Shown piece by piece: positions 25,348 to 38,595 of a DNA stretch of 64,000 bases. How positions within the stretch are numbered: position 1 is the stretch's first letter; each line of letters starts with the position of its first letter. The stretch spans positions 7,316,001 to 7,380,000 of the forward strand of contig JBHGNT010000013.1 in assembly GCA_043228905.1 (NCBI GenBank). The letters are read 5' to 3'. Made by a program: the position numbers and the translations under genes. The stretch is from Azolla caroliniana (Eukaryota > Plantae > Polypodiophyta). The notes beneath the pieces are model-generated. The model was not told the origin of the DNA. It made no database searches and saw only the letters and a list, made by a program, of their open reading frames with translations.

Positions 25348-27671
25348 GTTGAGCAGAGTTGAAGTATTCTCTGGTGCGTACTAAGATGGAGACTCGTCGA
25401 AGACTACATCTCGACTGATGCAAACTTTTCGGGTAGATGGGTTGTAGCATTTGTACCCCTTTTGTTCGAGTGAGTATCCTACGAGGATACATTTCTCCCA
25501 CTTCGGATCGAGCTTTTGTCGTGTATCGTCGGTATTGTGTACGTAGGCGATAGAACCAAAAATGAGGACATGCGATAAGTTCGGCTTCTTTCCAAAGAAC
25601 TTCTCATGAGGAGTTATGTCGTGTACTCCTGAGGTTGTGCACTTAATCATGAGATATACGGCCGTGTTCACCGCTTCTGCCCAATACGATTTTGACAGGT
25701 TTTTCTCATTCATCATGGCTCGTGCGACTTCTACTATGTGGCGGTTTTTATGCTCAGCTACGCTATTTTTCTGAGGTGTATGTCGACACGAGAACGCTCG
25801 TCGGATTCCTTCCTTGTGGAGATACGCCGAGAACTCATCCGAAAAATATTCTTTACCTCCATCTGATCGAAGGCAGCATACATGCCGGCCCGTGCCTTTT
25901 TCCACTTCGGCTTTGAATTTCTGGAAGTGGCCGAACACTTCACTCTTTGGCTTCATCGGATAAATCCAGGTATTTATGGAGAAGTTGTCAATGAACGTGA
26001 CATAGTAACGACATCCACCGAAAGTAGCTGTTTGGGCTGGTCCCCACACATCTGAATGTATGACATCTAGGATCCCTTTGCTTACATTCCACTCTTTTGG
26101 GAATGGATGGCGGCGCTGTTTTCCGAATTGGCATGCTTCGCACACGCCCGTGGTCTCCTTTGCCGTAAAGTTTGGGAGTCCGATTACGACTCCTTTTGTC
26201 TGCATGTTCTGAAGCTTCTGGAGATTGATGTGGCTGATTCTCTTGTACCACAATTTTAAGTCGGTTCGACTTTCTGGCCTTTTGCGTACATAGCTGACTT
26301 TACTTCGCTCGACTCGAGGATAAACATACGGCCTTCTCATCTACCGTGAGCTACGATTTGATCACCTTTTTCAATGAAGCACCATTCGTTGTTTAAGGGT
26401 ACCTGCATTCCTTGTTCTACAATCTGGCCGACCGAGACCAGATTTTTCGTGATGGTGGGAACATGTAGTACGTTCTTGAGGTAGGTCTGTTCGCCGTCGT
26501 TTCCGAATGGGACATTCCCGATATGCTGTATTGGATGAGTCGTATCATCACCTGTTTCGACATATCCGGGACGTTCGTGCTTTCGTAATTCCTGGAAGTC
26601 ATGTGATTGGAAGCTCCAGAATTGACAAACCATACACTATTAGGAGTGAAGGCACTAGTTATCGCAAATGCAGACATCGATTGTGCTTCGTGCTTCATTA
26701 TGAACATTCCGCCACGGTCGCCGTAGTCGGAGTTCGTGGTGTAGTTCGTGAGTTGTCGACCTGCCTCACGTTTCTTCTTCCGGCACTCTTCTTCATAGTG
26801 GCCGGGTTTTCCACAATACTCGCACTCGACTAGGTTTCGGCGATTGCTTGGTCCGGCGTTATGTCTCCCCCTTCCGCCAAGCTCTCTGGGCCCATTCCTA
26901 TCCGCTTGCCACAGGTGGGAGTTACGCCCTTGATTCCGCCGATCATTATGGCCTTGTCCGAAACGACCTCTGTTTCCAGGAACGAAATCTCTTCTATTAT
27001 ACGACTGGGAGTAGAGCAGATGACCATCTGATGCGTTGCTCCTCTGTCGGGCGTGATTCTCTTCGACCAATAATATCGATTGAAGGTCGAAGGAGGGAGG
27101 GTTCTCCCTTGCAAGAATGGCTTATCTAATCGCGCCGAAACGCGGTGCTAAGCCTTCGAGGCATATTTGCACCAGTTCTTCATCATCAATGACGACGTTG
27201 ATCGATCCAAGGGCATCACATAGCTCCTTGATCTTCAAGGCATAGCTTGAGTTTGACATGTCCCTTTGTTCGATGCTATTCAGCTCCTAACGAAGCTGGA
27301 GCTTGCGTGCGGTCGTGTTGGCTGCAAAAATCATTTTGAGATTTTCCCAACGCTTGCTTCGGCGTTTTTGCCTCTCGAATGTAGCCAAGCATATGATCAT
27401 GAACGCATGATGCTAGAGAATACAACACACGGCTTGCGGCCTGCTCCCAAGCGGGATAGTCGGCGTGTGTTGGGTTGGGGTGTGATTCGTGAGCTCCTTC
27501 GATGTAGCTCCAGTAGCCTTGTCCGACAAGATATTGATGCATCTTGTATTCCCAAGATGCGAAGTTCGTTCTGTCAAGCTTCTCGGTAGGAAGAGCGCTT
27601 CCCATTTCAGTATTCATGGTGATTTCTTCTCTGTCGATGGGCCGGTTCTGTTGATCGTCAGCGTGCAACAC
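25348..27671 (-). pseudogene. copia D gag-protease-integrase (frameshifted)
   Basis: KLDRTNFASWEYKM, CEYCGKPGHYEEEC, WFVNSGAS, HSDVWGP and RSDGGKEY. Confidence 0.9.
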
Positions 27672-27718
27672 AACACAGTCGAAAATGCTTGATCAGGCAA
27701 CCACACGCTCTGATACCA

Positions 27719-28013
27719 TGTTAGGAAATGGAGTTTGTGGTGATTGCAATGCAACAGAAGGTGAACGTAGGTGTGTGTATGTGTAACAACAGAGAGAGAG
27801 AGATGGAGAGCTCAAGAGACAGAGATAGAAAAAAGTGTATATAATATTAACGAAACGAAATACATCCAACATTAATTGAGTTACAATGAGTTCGTTTATA
27901 TACCAACTAAGCTAGGGCAAGCGCCCTTTCTACTATAATTTACATAACTAGCCTGGAATGTCCATGAGCTAGTGTGAAACCTATCTATGGGAGGTTGAGT
28001 TCGATTCTCAACA
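27719..28013 (-). repeat. 5' LTR of copia D
   Basis: Adjacent to PBS gctctgatacca and followed by TSD GTTTA. Confidence 0.92.
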
Positions 28014-28183
28014 GTTTATTCTCTGTCGTTTCCCAGCTAAACCAGTTTTGTCAAAGCTTCCGCACGCTAACTTTCACATGGTATTAGAGCACGAGGGTTG
28101 AGATTCCTTTGCAGCTGACAGACACTTTCAAAGACAAACCCTAACACCCGGTGAAAAACAGAAGAGGATCGAGATGGACAAAG

Positions 28184-28578
28184 TGTAAAAACAAATAGCG
28201 TGCAGAAGCAATAAAAACAGAAAACAGAGAACAGGTTTAATGGAGAGCTTAACAGTACGCGGGAGAGACAGAGAGAGAGAACAAGAATCTCTATTCAAAA
28301 CTTATATCAATGCTCTGTACATTGTATGTGTTCAACGAACACTTTTATACAGGTCCATACGGACTGACAAAAGTACGGTGTACTTCAATGCTCACTCGAG
28401 CATCTGACACTAACTACGAGAGTAATAACTCCCTAGTAGTCTAGCTGCTACTAGGCTTCCGGTTACTGATGGATCCGGCTAACCGGCTCCCCAGCTCACC
28501 GGCTCTTTTGCTCACCGGGTGCTCACCGGCTCAGGCTTATCCAACCGATCTGGCTGCAATTGAGCTTGCTGCTCAACA
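28184..28578 (-). repeat. 3' LTR of copia F
   Basis: Matches 33308-33752 except for gctcaccg subrepeat number. Confidence 0.92.
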
Positions 28579-31500
28579 CTCCCCCTCAAGCTCAACTTGA
28601 GGTCCGGTTGTAGTGTCAACGTCAGTGGCAATAGGTCCTTTTGCCCGGCTCCTTCTGGCGTCACTCCGCCTTGCTCGCGCTCCTCGTCCGGTCTGGTTCT
28701 GTTTGCCGCGACCCCTCTTGTTTTGCGCACCTCGACCTCCTCGGTCGGCTTGTCTGCTCAACAGGCCCAATTCAGCTCCCTCGCTGTTGTGACTTCGGCG
28801 CGTGCCTTCTGACCTTGAATTGAGTTGAACTGAATCTATTGTCTCTGATTCGTTCCAGCTCTTGTCCGAATCGACTTCTGGTTCCAGGCCCTTCACCACA
28901 TCGGACCATGTCCGGGTCTTGGCCTTCTTCTTCCGGTCGGCTCTGTCCTTCTTGACTCTGGCGCCGCTGCCGCTTGTTCCGACTTGTTTGGATGTGTCGA
29001 CTTCCTTTGTCGACTCGGCTCCTTTCTTCTTCTTGACTCTCCCTTCGTCGGTTCTTCCCTCACCGGCGCAGTCGACAGTCTCTTTGCCTTTGCCCGTTCC
29101 GGTGTCAATGCCCGTTCTACCCCTCAAGTGTGGCACGTCGAGATGCTGAACACCAAGCATTTCGGGGAAGTGCTGCAACTTATCCGATCCGAGTGGTTTG
29201 GTGAAGATGTTTAGAACTTGCCAATCTGTGTGAACATACCGAAGTTCAATCCGTGTGAACATCCATGTGAACATACCGAAGTGATAGTGCACTTCTATGT
29301 GCTTTGTGCGAGCATGGAATATGGGGTTCTTGGCAAGTTGCATGCTGCTTATGTTGTCGCAGTAGATCAGAATCGGGGTCGGTACCTCGATCCGTAGGTC
29401 TTGCAGTAATCGCCGAAGCCAAATGGCTTCACAGGTGGCAATGGTAGCGCCCCGATAATACTCAGCCTCAGTGCTCGACAGAGCAACTGTTGGCTGCTTT
29501 TTGTTGCTCCACGCAACAACCGCGCTACCTAGGGAAAACATGTAACCGGAGGTTGATCGGCGATCTGATGCATCGTCGGCCCAGTCGACATCTGTGTAAC
29601 CGACCAACTCTTCAGTTATACCTCGCTGGTATAACAGTCCCCGGTCCTTCGTGCCGCTCACATACCGCAGTATTCGGTGCGCTCACTGAAGATGCTCCAC
29701 GGTCGGCTTCTGCATGAATTGGCTAATCACACTGATCGGATAGCTGATGTCGGGTCGGGTGATGGTCAAATATATAAGGCTTCCGACAATTTGTTGGAAC
29801 CATTTCTCATCGCAGGCCGGTCCAGAGTCGGAACGGAGCTTTTGGTACCGGTCTAGGGGAGTAGAGATAGGTCGGTATTCTGTCATGCCGAACTTGTGCA
29901 ACATATTCAACACATAGTGCCTTTGTGAGAGCAATATGCCGTCGGGGGTTCGGATCACCTCGATCCAAAGAAAATAATGAAGGTCCCCCAGGTCCTTCAT
30001 CTCAAACGCATCCGACAACTAGGACTTGACTTGGCTGATTTCATCGAGTCTGGGTCTGGTGATGACCAGATCATCAATGTACAAGAAGATGCAAACCGGA
30101 CCGTCCGAACCTTGCCGGATGAACAACGAAGAGTCGGACTTGGAGGCCGCAAACCCCATCTTATGCAACGGGTGCGTGATCTTCGCATTCCAAGCTCGGG
30201 GGGCTTGCTTCAGGCCATACAGTGACTTCTTTAGTCGGCATACCGCCGTCTTGTTCATCTCCGTCTGGAAACTGAGGCGTTGTATCATAAAGACCTCTTC
30301 TTCATCTCCTTGAAGAAATGCATTCTTTCACATCCATCTGGTGAAGATGCCACCCCCTTGCCGCTGCAACCGTCAACACCACACGAACCGTCGTCATCTT
30401 TGCTACTAGAGTGAAGGTCTCGTCGTAGTCGATTTCGTGGGTATGTGCGTATCCCTTCGCCACTAACCGGGCCTTGTACCAGTTAACTGAACCGTCGGCA
30501 TTGTACTTTACCTTGTACACCCACTTGCATCCGATCAATTTATTGTGACGAGGAGGGTCAACCAGGTCCCATGTATCGTTGGCATCAAGTGCTTGCATCT
30601 CTTCTTCCATAGCGGCACACCAATGTGCGTCCTTTGCCGCTTCTGCGTAGCTCTCCGGCTCACGCACTTCCGCCACCTTGGTCATGTATGCATAGTGATG
30701 CGCCATGTACTCATTGTACCCATACCGCTTAATAGGTTCCTTCTGGCGGGTTGACCGACGTAACCCATCGTTACCCGGTTTGAGGCCCTTCTTGGCCGGT
30801 TCGGTCTTTGGTGCCGAAGAACCGTCATTTTCCTTTCCGGAGTCGGATCGGCTCCGATCCAACTCATCAATACCGGTTCCATAATCTGGCATCTTCTTCT
30901 TCCCCTTCTGTTTGCGCGTGAACCGTCTCCTCAGTTTCTTGCGCGGGGAGAGCACAATAGAGTCTTCACTACTCGTTGGTTCTTCTTCTGACTGGTCGGA
31001 TTGACCCAGTCTCTCATTCGTCCCACTCAACCGAAATGATTCCAGACTCTCTTCTATCTGGATTGGTTCAGGCTCACTAGCCTCATCCTCGAGTATCGGG
31101 TCGGGGTCAGAAGTCGGAGCTGGTAAGGCATACCATGATGCCGTCTCATCAAACTCAACATCGCGACTAACTCGGACTTGTACCCCTTATAACACTTATA
31201 CCCCTTTTGCTCATGTGAGTAGCCGACGAGGATGCACTTCTCCGATTTTGCATCCAGCTTCCTCCGCTTCTCATCCGGCACATATGCTATGCTGCCAAAA
31301 ATCCGAAGGTGTCTCAAATTCGGCTTGTGCCCGAAATACTGCTCATGCACGGACACCTTGTCACCGATCCGGTTTTGGATGTAGATGGTCATCTGGATCG
31401 CCTCCGCCCAGTAGAAATGGGGCATGCTCTTCTCTTCCAGCATTGCCCTTGCCGCGTCAATAAGAGACCGGTTCTTCCTTTCGGCCACACCGTTTTGCTC

Positions 31501-33206
31501 CGGTGTGTATCTACAGCTGAACTCTCTCCGAATTCCTGTTTGCTGCAGATAATTGTTGATTTGGTCGGAAAAATATTCTTTTCCGCCATCTAACCACATG
31601 CACTGGATCTTCCTCTCCGATTCCCGTTCCACCATGCTTTGGAGGTTCCGAAAACAGTCGAAGAATTCACTCTTTCGCTCAATGAGGTAGATCCATGTGT
31701 GCCGGCTATAGTCGTCGATGAAGGAGATGAAGTATCGACTCTCGCCAAGACTCACATTCTGTGCCAGTCCCCATACATCCGAATGAATAAGGTCGACCTT
31801 GTTACAGCTACAGTTTTGTTCGGTGGGGAATGGAAGCTGGTGTTGCTTCCCGAGTTGGCGGGCTTCACATACTCGGGTCCTCCGGCTACTAAAACTTCGG
31901 CAAACCAAAAACAACTTATTTTGTTTGCAAGTTTTGAAGCCCCCGATAATTGACGTGGCCGATCCGCTTGTGCCACAGGCCGATGTCCGATTCGACTTTC
32001 TGTCCTTTGGCGAACAAGGCGGTGCCAACGTCATTGGTGTCGAGGATGAACATCCTCCCATCTCTGCGCCCTTGCGTGATAATCTGGCCCTCCTCGTTGA
32101 AGCACCCGAGGTGCGTAAACCGCACCTGCATTCCCTGGTCGACGATCTGTCTGACCGACACCAGGTTCTTCATGATAGTCGGAACGTTCATCAGCTTCCC
32201 CCTCTGTCGGACGTGGCTCAGGGGAACTTCTCCGACATGCGCGATTGGGTGAGGAGTGTCGTCTCCTGTTTCGACAACTCCCGGTTGTTTCGGTTTCTCC
32301 AAGAAGGAGAACCACTCTTTGTGGCTCATCATGTGATTTGACGCACCGGAATCAACGTACCACACTTCCTCCGATTTGGAAGTGGTCTTCTTCATCGAGT
32401 TTGCCTTGTGCTTCATCACCAAGGCTCGCCCCTTACCGGTCTTCCCGGTTCCGGATCCTCTCGATCCTTGTGCGTAGTGCGAGCTTTGCCGGTTCTCCCG
32501 ACCGGTTTTGCCGGATCCAGATCTGTCTGAATCGGCACGCTTCTTCCAGCACTCGCTTTCTCTATGGCCCTGTTTGCCACAATACCAGCATTCCGTGGCG
32601 GATTTGTCTTGCCGGCCTTCGGCGCCACCTTGACTCCCCTTGCTTCTGGAAGTCCCGGAATTGCTGTCGACATGGTCTCTGTGCCGTCGGTCTTGCCCTT
32701 GTTGGACGCCTCCATTGTGTGTCGACCTGCCTCGTCCACCACGCCCATGAGGCCGATCCGCCTCCGTGTACAACATCCGGCTATTGATGGGTGCACTTGT
32801 TGATGCACCGGCGTGGTTCTCCTCTACAAGGAGCATCGACGTATTCTCCCTCGTACATACTGCTGTCTAGAAAGCTCGGAACTTAGATGCCAGGCCCCCA
32901 AGATAGACCTGTACCATCTCGTCTTCCTCTACAGTGACGTTGATAGAGGCAAGGAGTCACAAATCTCTTTGATTTAGGTCGTGTAATCAGCCACCGACAT
33001 GTCCTTTTGTCGGACATTGCTCAACTCCTGTTGGAGTTGCAGCTTCCAGGCTGTGGTGCCGCATCAGGTGCTGTGTCGTTAGCTCCGTCGACATAGCTCC
33101 AATAACCATACTCAAGCAGGTACTGGTGCATCTTGTATGACCAAGATGCGTAGTTGGATCTGTTGAGCTTCTCCACCGGAAGCGAGTTAGCCATTCCTCT
33201 ATCCAT
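28573..33206 (-). pseudogene. copia F gag-pol (frameshifted) with C-terminal extension after RNase H
   Basis: ORF fragments 33021-33206, 31916-32836, 31054-32061, 30302-31030, 30019-30288, 29683-30018 and 28573-29661. Confidence 0.9.
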
Positions 33207-33307
33207 TGTTTTTTTTTTCTTCTTCTGTTCTTTACAAAGGTTAGGTTTTCTTCTTGCGAAAGCGAATGTCGGCTGCAGAGGTTCTCAAACCTTGCGATCT
33301 GATACCA

Positions 33308-33752
33308 TGTAAAAACAAATAGCGTGTGGAAGCAATAAAAACAGAAAACAGAGAACAAGTTTAATGGAGAGCTTAACAGTACGCGGGAGAGACAGAGAGA
33401 GAGAACAAGAATCTCTATTCAAAAATTATATCAATGCTCTGTACGTCGTATGTGTTCAACGAACACTTTTATACAGGTCCATACGGACTGACAGAAGTAC
33501 GGTGTACTTCAATGCTCACTCGAGCGTCTGAGACTAACTACGAGAGTAATAACTCCCTAATAGTCTAGCTGCTACTAGGCTTCCGGTTACGGATGGATCC
33601 GGCTAACCGGCTCCCCAGCTCACCCGCTCTTTTGCTCACCGGGTGCTCACCGGCTCACCGATCTGTCTCACTCACTGGCTCACCGATCTGTCTTGCTCAC
33701 CGGCTCAAGCTTATCCAGCCGATCCGGCTCCAATTGAGCTTGCCGCTCAACA
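33308..33752 (-). repeat. 5' LTR of copia F
   Basis: Adjacent to the PBS and followed by TSD CAAAG. Confidence 0.92.
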
Positions 33753-36700
33753 CAAAGGTATGGCAAGTTCACTTCGCACAAAAAAGCTTGACCGGAGCAA
33801 CTATGCGTCCTAGTCATATAAAATGCACCAATAACTGATGGGGCATGGATATTAGAGCTATGTGGAAGGAACTAACGAGGTAGCACCGGAGCCGACACGC
33901 AAGGACTTCCGAGCATGGGAACAAGGAGCGAGTAGAGTGCTTTACTGCATCGTGTCTTGTGTGCATGATCAAATGCTTGACTACATCAAGGATGCAAAAA
34001 TGCCAAAGGAGGCCTGGGAAAATCTACGGAAGATTTTCACCGCGTGTACCACAACCCATAAGTTGCAGCTCTAACAAGAGCTGAACAACATCCGACAAAG
34101 AGATATGTCAGTTACGGACTACACCACTAAGATTACGGCGATCTGCGATGCAGTCGGATCCATCAATGTAATGGTGAGAGAAGACGAGATGGTCCAGATC
34201 TGTCTTTGTGGTCTTGCACAACGGTACGGGCCAATCCGGACGACAATTTGCACTTGGGAGAAGCCACTATCCTTCGACTTACAATCAATGTTGTTGGTGG
34301 AAGAAAACCACGTGAGTGGGTTGAGGACCACTCAATCGGACAACCAGATGTTATTCACGGAGGTGGATTGGCCCCGTGGGTGTGGAGGACGAGGTGAGTC
34401 GGCACGCAATGGAGGCGGCTGACAAGAGCAGAACCGAAGGCACAGAGACGGTGCCGAGAACAGTTCCAGATCCTCCACAAGCAGAGGGAGTCAAGTCGGA
34501 GCCGGAAACCAGCAATCGAAAACCGATGTGGAATGCTGGTATTGTGGCAAGAAAGGTCACAGAGAGAGTGAGTGTTGGAAGAAGCGTGCCGATTCAGATA
34601 AATCCGGATCCGGCAAGGCCAGACAAGGGAACCGGTAAAGCTCACAATACGCTGAAGGATTGGAAGGATCCGGAACTGGGAAAACCGGAAAGGGGCCGGT
34701 CTTCGTGGTGAAGCACAAGACAAACTCGATGAAGAAGACCACTTCCGGATCGGAGGAAGTGTGGTATGTTGATTCTAGAGTGTCAAACCACATGAAGAGC
34801 CACGAAGAGTGATTCAATTTTCCGGAGAAACCGGAACAACTAGGAGTTGTCGAAACCGGAAACGACACTCCTCACCCGATTGTGCATGTCGGAGAAGTCC
34901 CTTTAAGACATGTTGGACAAAGGGGGAAGCTGATGATTGTTCTACATGTCCCAAAAATCACAAAGAACCTAGTGTTGGTCGGACAAATCGTTGACTAGGA
35001 AATGCAAGTGCGGTTTACGCACCTCAAGTGCTTCATCGAGGAAGAATGCCGGATAATCGCGCAAGGGCACAGAGAAGGGAGGATGTTCATCCTCAACACA
35101 AATGACGTTGGCACCGCCATGTTTGCTAAAGGACAGAATATTGAATTAGACATCAATCTCTGGCATAAGCGGATCGACCACGTCAACTACTAGGGGCTTC
35201 AAGATCTGCAATCGAAACAAGTTGTGTTCAGTTTGCCAAAGTTTAGTGGCTGGAAGGCCCAAATATGTGAAGCTTGCTAACGCGGGAAGCAACAACAGCT
35301 TTCATCCCCACCGAATGAAACCGGAGCCGTAACAAGCTCGATCTAATCCATTCGGATGTATGGGGACCGGCATAGAACGTTAGTATTGGCGGGAATTGGT
35401 ATTTTGTCTCCTTCATCGACGACTACAACGGGCACACGTGGATCTACCTCATCGAGAAGAAAAACGAAGTCTTCGATTGTTTTCGGAACCTTCAAAGCTG
35501 AGTCGAAAGGGAAACAGAGATGAAGATAAAGAGCCTGCGGTCGGATGGTAGAGAAGAATACTTTTCCGGCCAATTCAACAGTTATCTGCAACAGAAAGGA
35601 ATTCAGAGAGAATTCAACTATCAATATACACCAGAACAAAACTCTGTGGCCGAAAGAAAGAACCGGTTGATTATTGACGTGGCAAGGGCAATGCTGGAGG
35701 AGAAGAGCATGCCCAGATTCTACTGGGTTGAGGCGGTCTGGATGACCGTCTACATCCAAAACTGGATCGGAGACAAGGTGTCAACACGTGAGCTATATTT
35801 CAGGCGGAAGCCGAATTTGAGACACCTTCAGATATTCGGTAGCATAGCATATGTGCATGTCCCGGATAAGAAGCGGATGAAGTTGGATCCGAAGTCAGAG
35901 AAGTGCATAATCGTCGGCTACTCACATGAACAGAAGGGGTAAAAGTGTTATAACCCCCGGACTAAAGAAGTTTGAGTAAGTTGAGATGTCGAGTTTGATG
36001 AGTTGGCATCATGGTACTCTCTATTGACTCCAACTCTTGACGAAGACCCGATTCCGGAGGATGACGCTAGTGAACCTAGAGAGGTTCAGGTAGAAGATGA
36101 AGAAGGATTTGGTACTCTAGATGAGAGTCTGATCTCATTCTGGCTAAGTGGGCCAAATGGGCGGCTGGGTCGGAATGACCAATTAGATGAAGAACCGGCG
36201 AATAGTGGAGACTCTACCGTGCTATCCCTGCGCAAGAAACCGAGGAGACTGTTCACACACAAAGAGAAGGGGAAGAAAACGATGCCGGAATACGACAACG
36301 ACAACGAAGAGTCAGATCGAAGTGATTCTGACTCTGGATAGAACGAAGTCGGATCTTCAAAAATGAAATCCGAACTGGCCAAGAAAGGCCTCAAACCGGC
36401 TAACAAAAAGCTGCGCCCATCAACCTACCAAAAGAGCCCCCTAAAACGGTACGGATACAATGAGTACATGGCGCATCACTATGTGTACATGACCAAGGTG
36501 GCGGAAGTGCGTGAGCCGGAGAGCTACGCAGAAGCAGCGAAAGACGCAAATTGGTGTGCCGCTATGGAAGAAGAAATGGGGGCAGTCGATGCCAACGACA
36601 CTTGGGACCTGGTTGACCCTCCCCGACAATGTAAATCGATCGGTTGTAAGTGGGTATATAAGGTGAAGTACAATGCTAACGGCTCGGTCAACCGGTACAA

Positions 36701-38595
36701 GGCCCGATTAGTGGCGATGGGATACACACAGACCCATGGAATCAACTACGACGAGACCTTCGCTCTGGTAGCGAAGATGACGACGGTTCAATATGATCCA
36801 ACCCCCCGCTGTCGTAGTGTATTTCATACACTACCTGAAAAACGTATAAAGTACTCGATTTAATAAATATGAAGAAAACGAAGAAAATATGAGAATACAT
36901 GTTACATGCATAGGGCAAGATTCGATCCTTGCACCTCCATGTTTTGACACCTTACCATTACACTAACAAATCATGAGTGTTGAAAAAGCAGATATCCCAC
37001 ATAGAAAGCTTATTTCACGCATATTTTTTAGGAAAAAGCTTTAGTTAGAAGAAAAACGCATGATAGAAAAAAAAGTTACACATGCACATCTAGCGTGCAT
37101 GAACACTATAGTCGATAAAAAACACATGAGGTTAGAAAAATCATGATCACTTTTAGAAAAAGCATGTTAGAGAAAGCATATAGTCTATAGATAGAGAAAG
37201 CATGGAGTCCATAGTTAGTAAAAAAAAAAGCATGGATTTCTAAGACTCTCTCATCACTATATAAGCATGGGAGCACAATGTAAGGTGTGTGAAAACTTTG
37301 GAAATTGGATATATTTCTAAAAACACCAATTAATAAATTATATTCGTGGAATTCACGAAATAAAATATAGTCGTGGGATTCACGAGGTTTCTATATCCTT
37401 GTCTTTCAATCTAAATTCATATTTTTAATTAAATATTGATTAATAAAATACATTATACTCGTGGGATTCACGAGGTTTTTATATCTCTTTCTTAAAATCC
37501 ATTCATAACTAGATTCGTCTCAAATTCTTCCTCCTCCTAGTCCAAAACCCCAACAGTTCCCACCCGACTCACGCAAATGATGCAACACCGAAAGGCATGA
37601 CACCGGTTTCTGATCGGAGATGAACAAGTTGGCAGTGTGGTGACTCAAGAAGTCTCTTTACGGTCTAAAGCAAGCCCCCCGAGCTTGGATTGCAAAGATC
37701 ACGCACTGGTTGCGTAAGATGGGGTTTGCGACCTCAAAGCCCGACTCTTCACTGTTCATCCGTAAAAGTCCGGATGGTCCGGTTTGTATCCTGTTATATG
37801 TAGATGATTTAGTCATCACCGGACCTAGACTCGATGAAATCAACAGAGTGACGTCCTAGTTGTCGGATGCATTTGAAATGAAGAACCAAGGGTCCTTCAT
37901 TATTTTCTTGAGATCGAGGTCATTTGGACCCTCGATGACATATTGCTCTCACAAAGACACTATGTGCTGAATATGTTGTACAAGTTCGGCATGACGGAAT
38001 GCCAACCGAACCCCACACCCTTGGACCAGAATTTGAAGCTATGTCGGGACAAGCTATAGCTCGCCAAGAACCTTGTATCCATGCTCGGACAAAGCACATA
38101 GAAGTGCATTATCACTTTGTCCTTGAGCGGGTCCTGAGCGGTGAAGTTGAACTTCGGTATGTTCACACAGATCGGCAGGTTGCCGACATCTTCACCAAGC
38201 CGCTTGGATCAGACAAGAAGCACTTTTTGGAGATGCTCGACATTCAACATCTTGATGTGCCACACTTGAGGGGGAGAACGGGTAATGGCAACGGACAAGG
38301 AGCCGGAGAGAAAGAGGAACGAACCAAGAAAGGGGGAGATAAGAAGAAAAAGGAAGCCGAGTCGATTGGAAAAGTCGACACATCCGAACAAGTTGGAACA
38401 AATGGCAGCAACGATAGACTCAAGAAGGACAATGCCGACCGGAAGAAGGCCAATACTCGGACGTGGTCTGATACGCTGAAGGGTCTAAAAACGGAAGACG
38501 AATCGGAGGCAACCGATTAGGAGAAGAGCTGGAACGAATCGGAGGAAGCCAATTCGGTTCAACAATTTGATTCAGAGGAGCCAGATCAACTGTCG
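33753..38595 (+). pseudogene. copia E gag-pol (many stops; interrupted by a solo LTR)
   Basis: Collinear with F: gag, CWYCGKKGH knuckle, integrase QNSVAERKNR, RT KWVYKVK and RNase H HARTKHIEVHYHF. Confidence 0.88.
36810..37602 (+). mobile_element. Ty3/gypsy solo LTR related to element G
   Basis: Termini tgtcgtagtgtatt... and ...ccgaaaggcatgaca resemble the G LTR. Flanks CCGC/CCGG. Removing the LTR and one 4-mer restores the host frame MIQPPGF. Confidence 0.85.

Larger units (their letters stand above)
17615..28013 (-). mobile_element. Ty1/copia element D, full length, degenerate; inserted in the LTR of E
   Basis: LTRs 17615-17904 and 27719-28013, TSD GTTTA (17610-17614 / 28014-28018), PBS 27707-27718. 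Gag 27671-26417, integrase 26340-25381, RT/RNase H 19927-18009. Confidence 0.93.
28184..33752 (-). mobile_element. Ty1/copia element F, full length, degenerate; relative of E inserted antisense into the gag start of E
   Basis: LTRs 28184-28578 and 33308-33752, TSD CAAAG, PBS 33296-33307, PPT from 28579. Confidence 0.93.
17323..38595 (+). mobile_element. Ty1/copia element E (host of D, J, F and a gypsy solo LTR); 3' LTR lost
   Basis: 5' LTR 17323-17614 + 28014-28078 and PBS tggtattagagc 28079-28090. The gag start MDKG|MAS is split by F. Degenerate gag-pol 33753-36809 and 37603-38595. Confidence 0.85.

Noticed and set aside
29228-29285. Short gtgaacataccgaagt repeats in F RNase H
   Set aside because: Local deletion-with-filler scar that replaces VRERVLSGEV, not a functional repeat.
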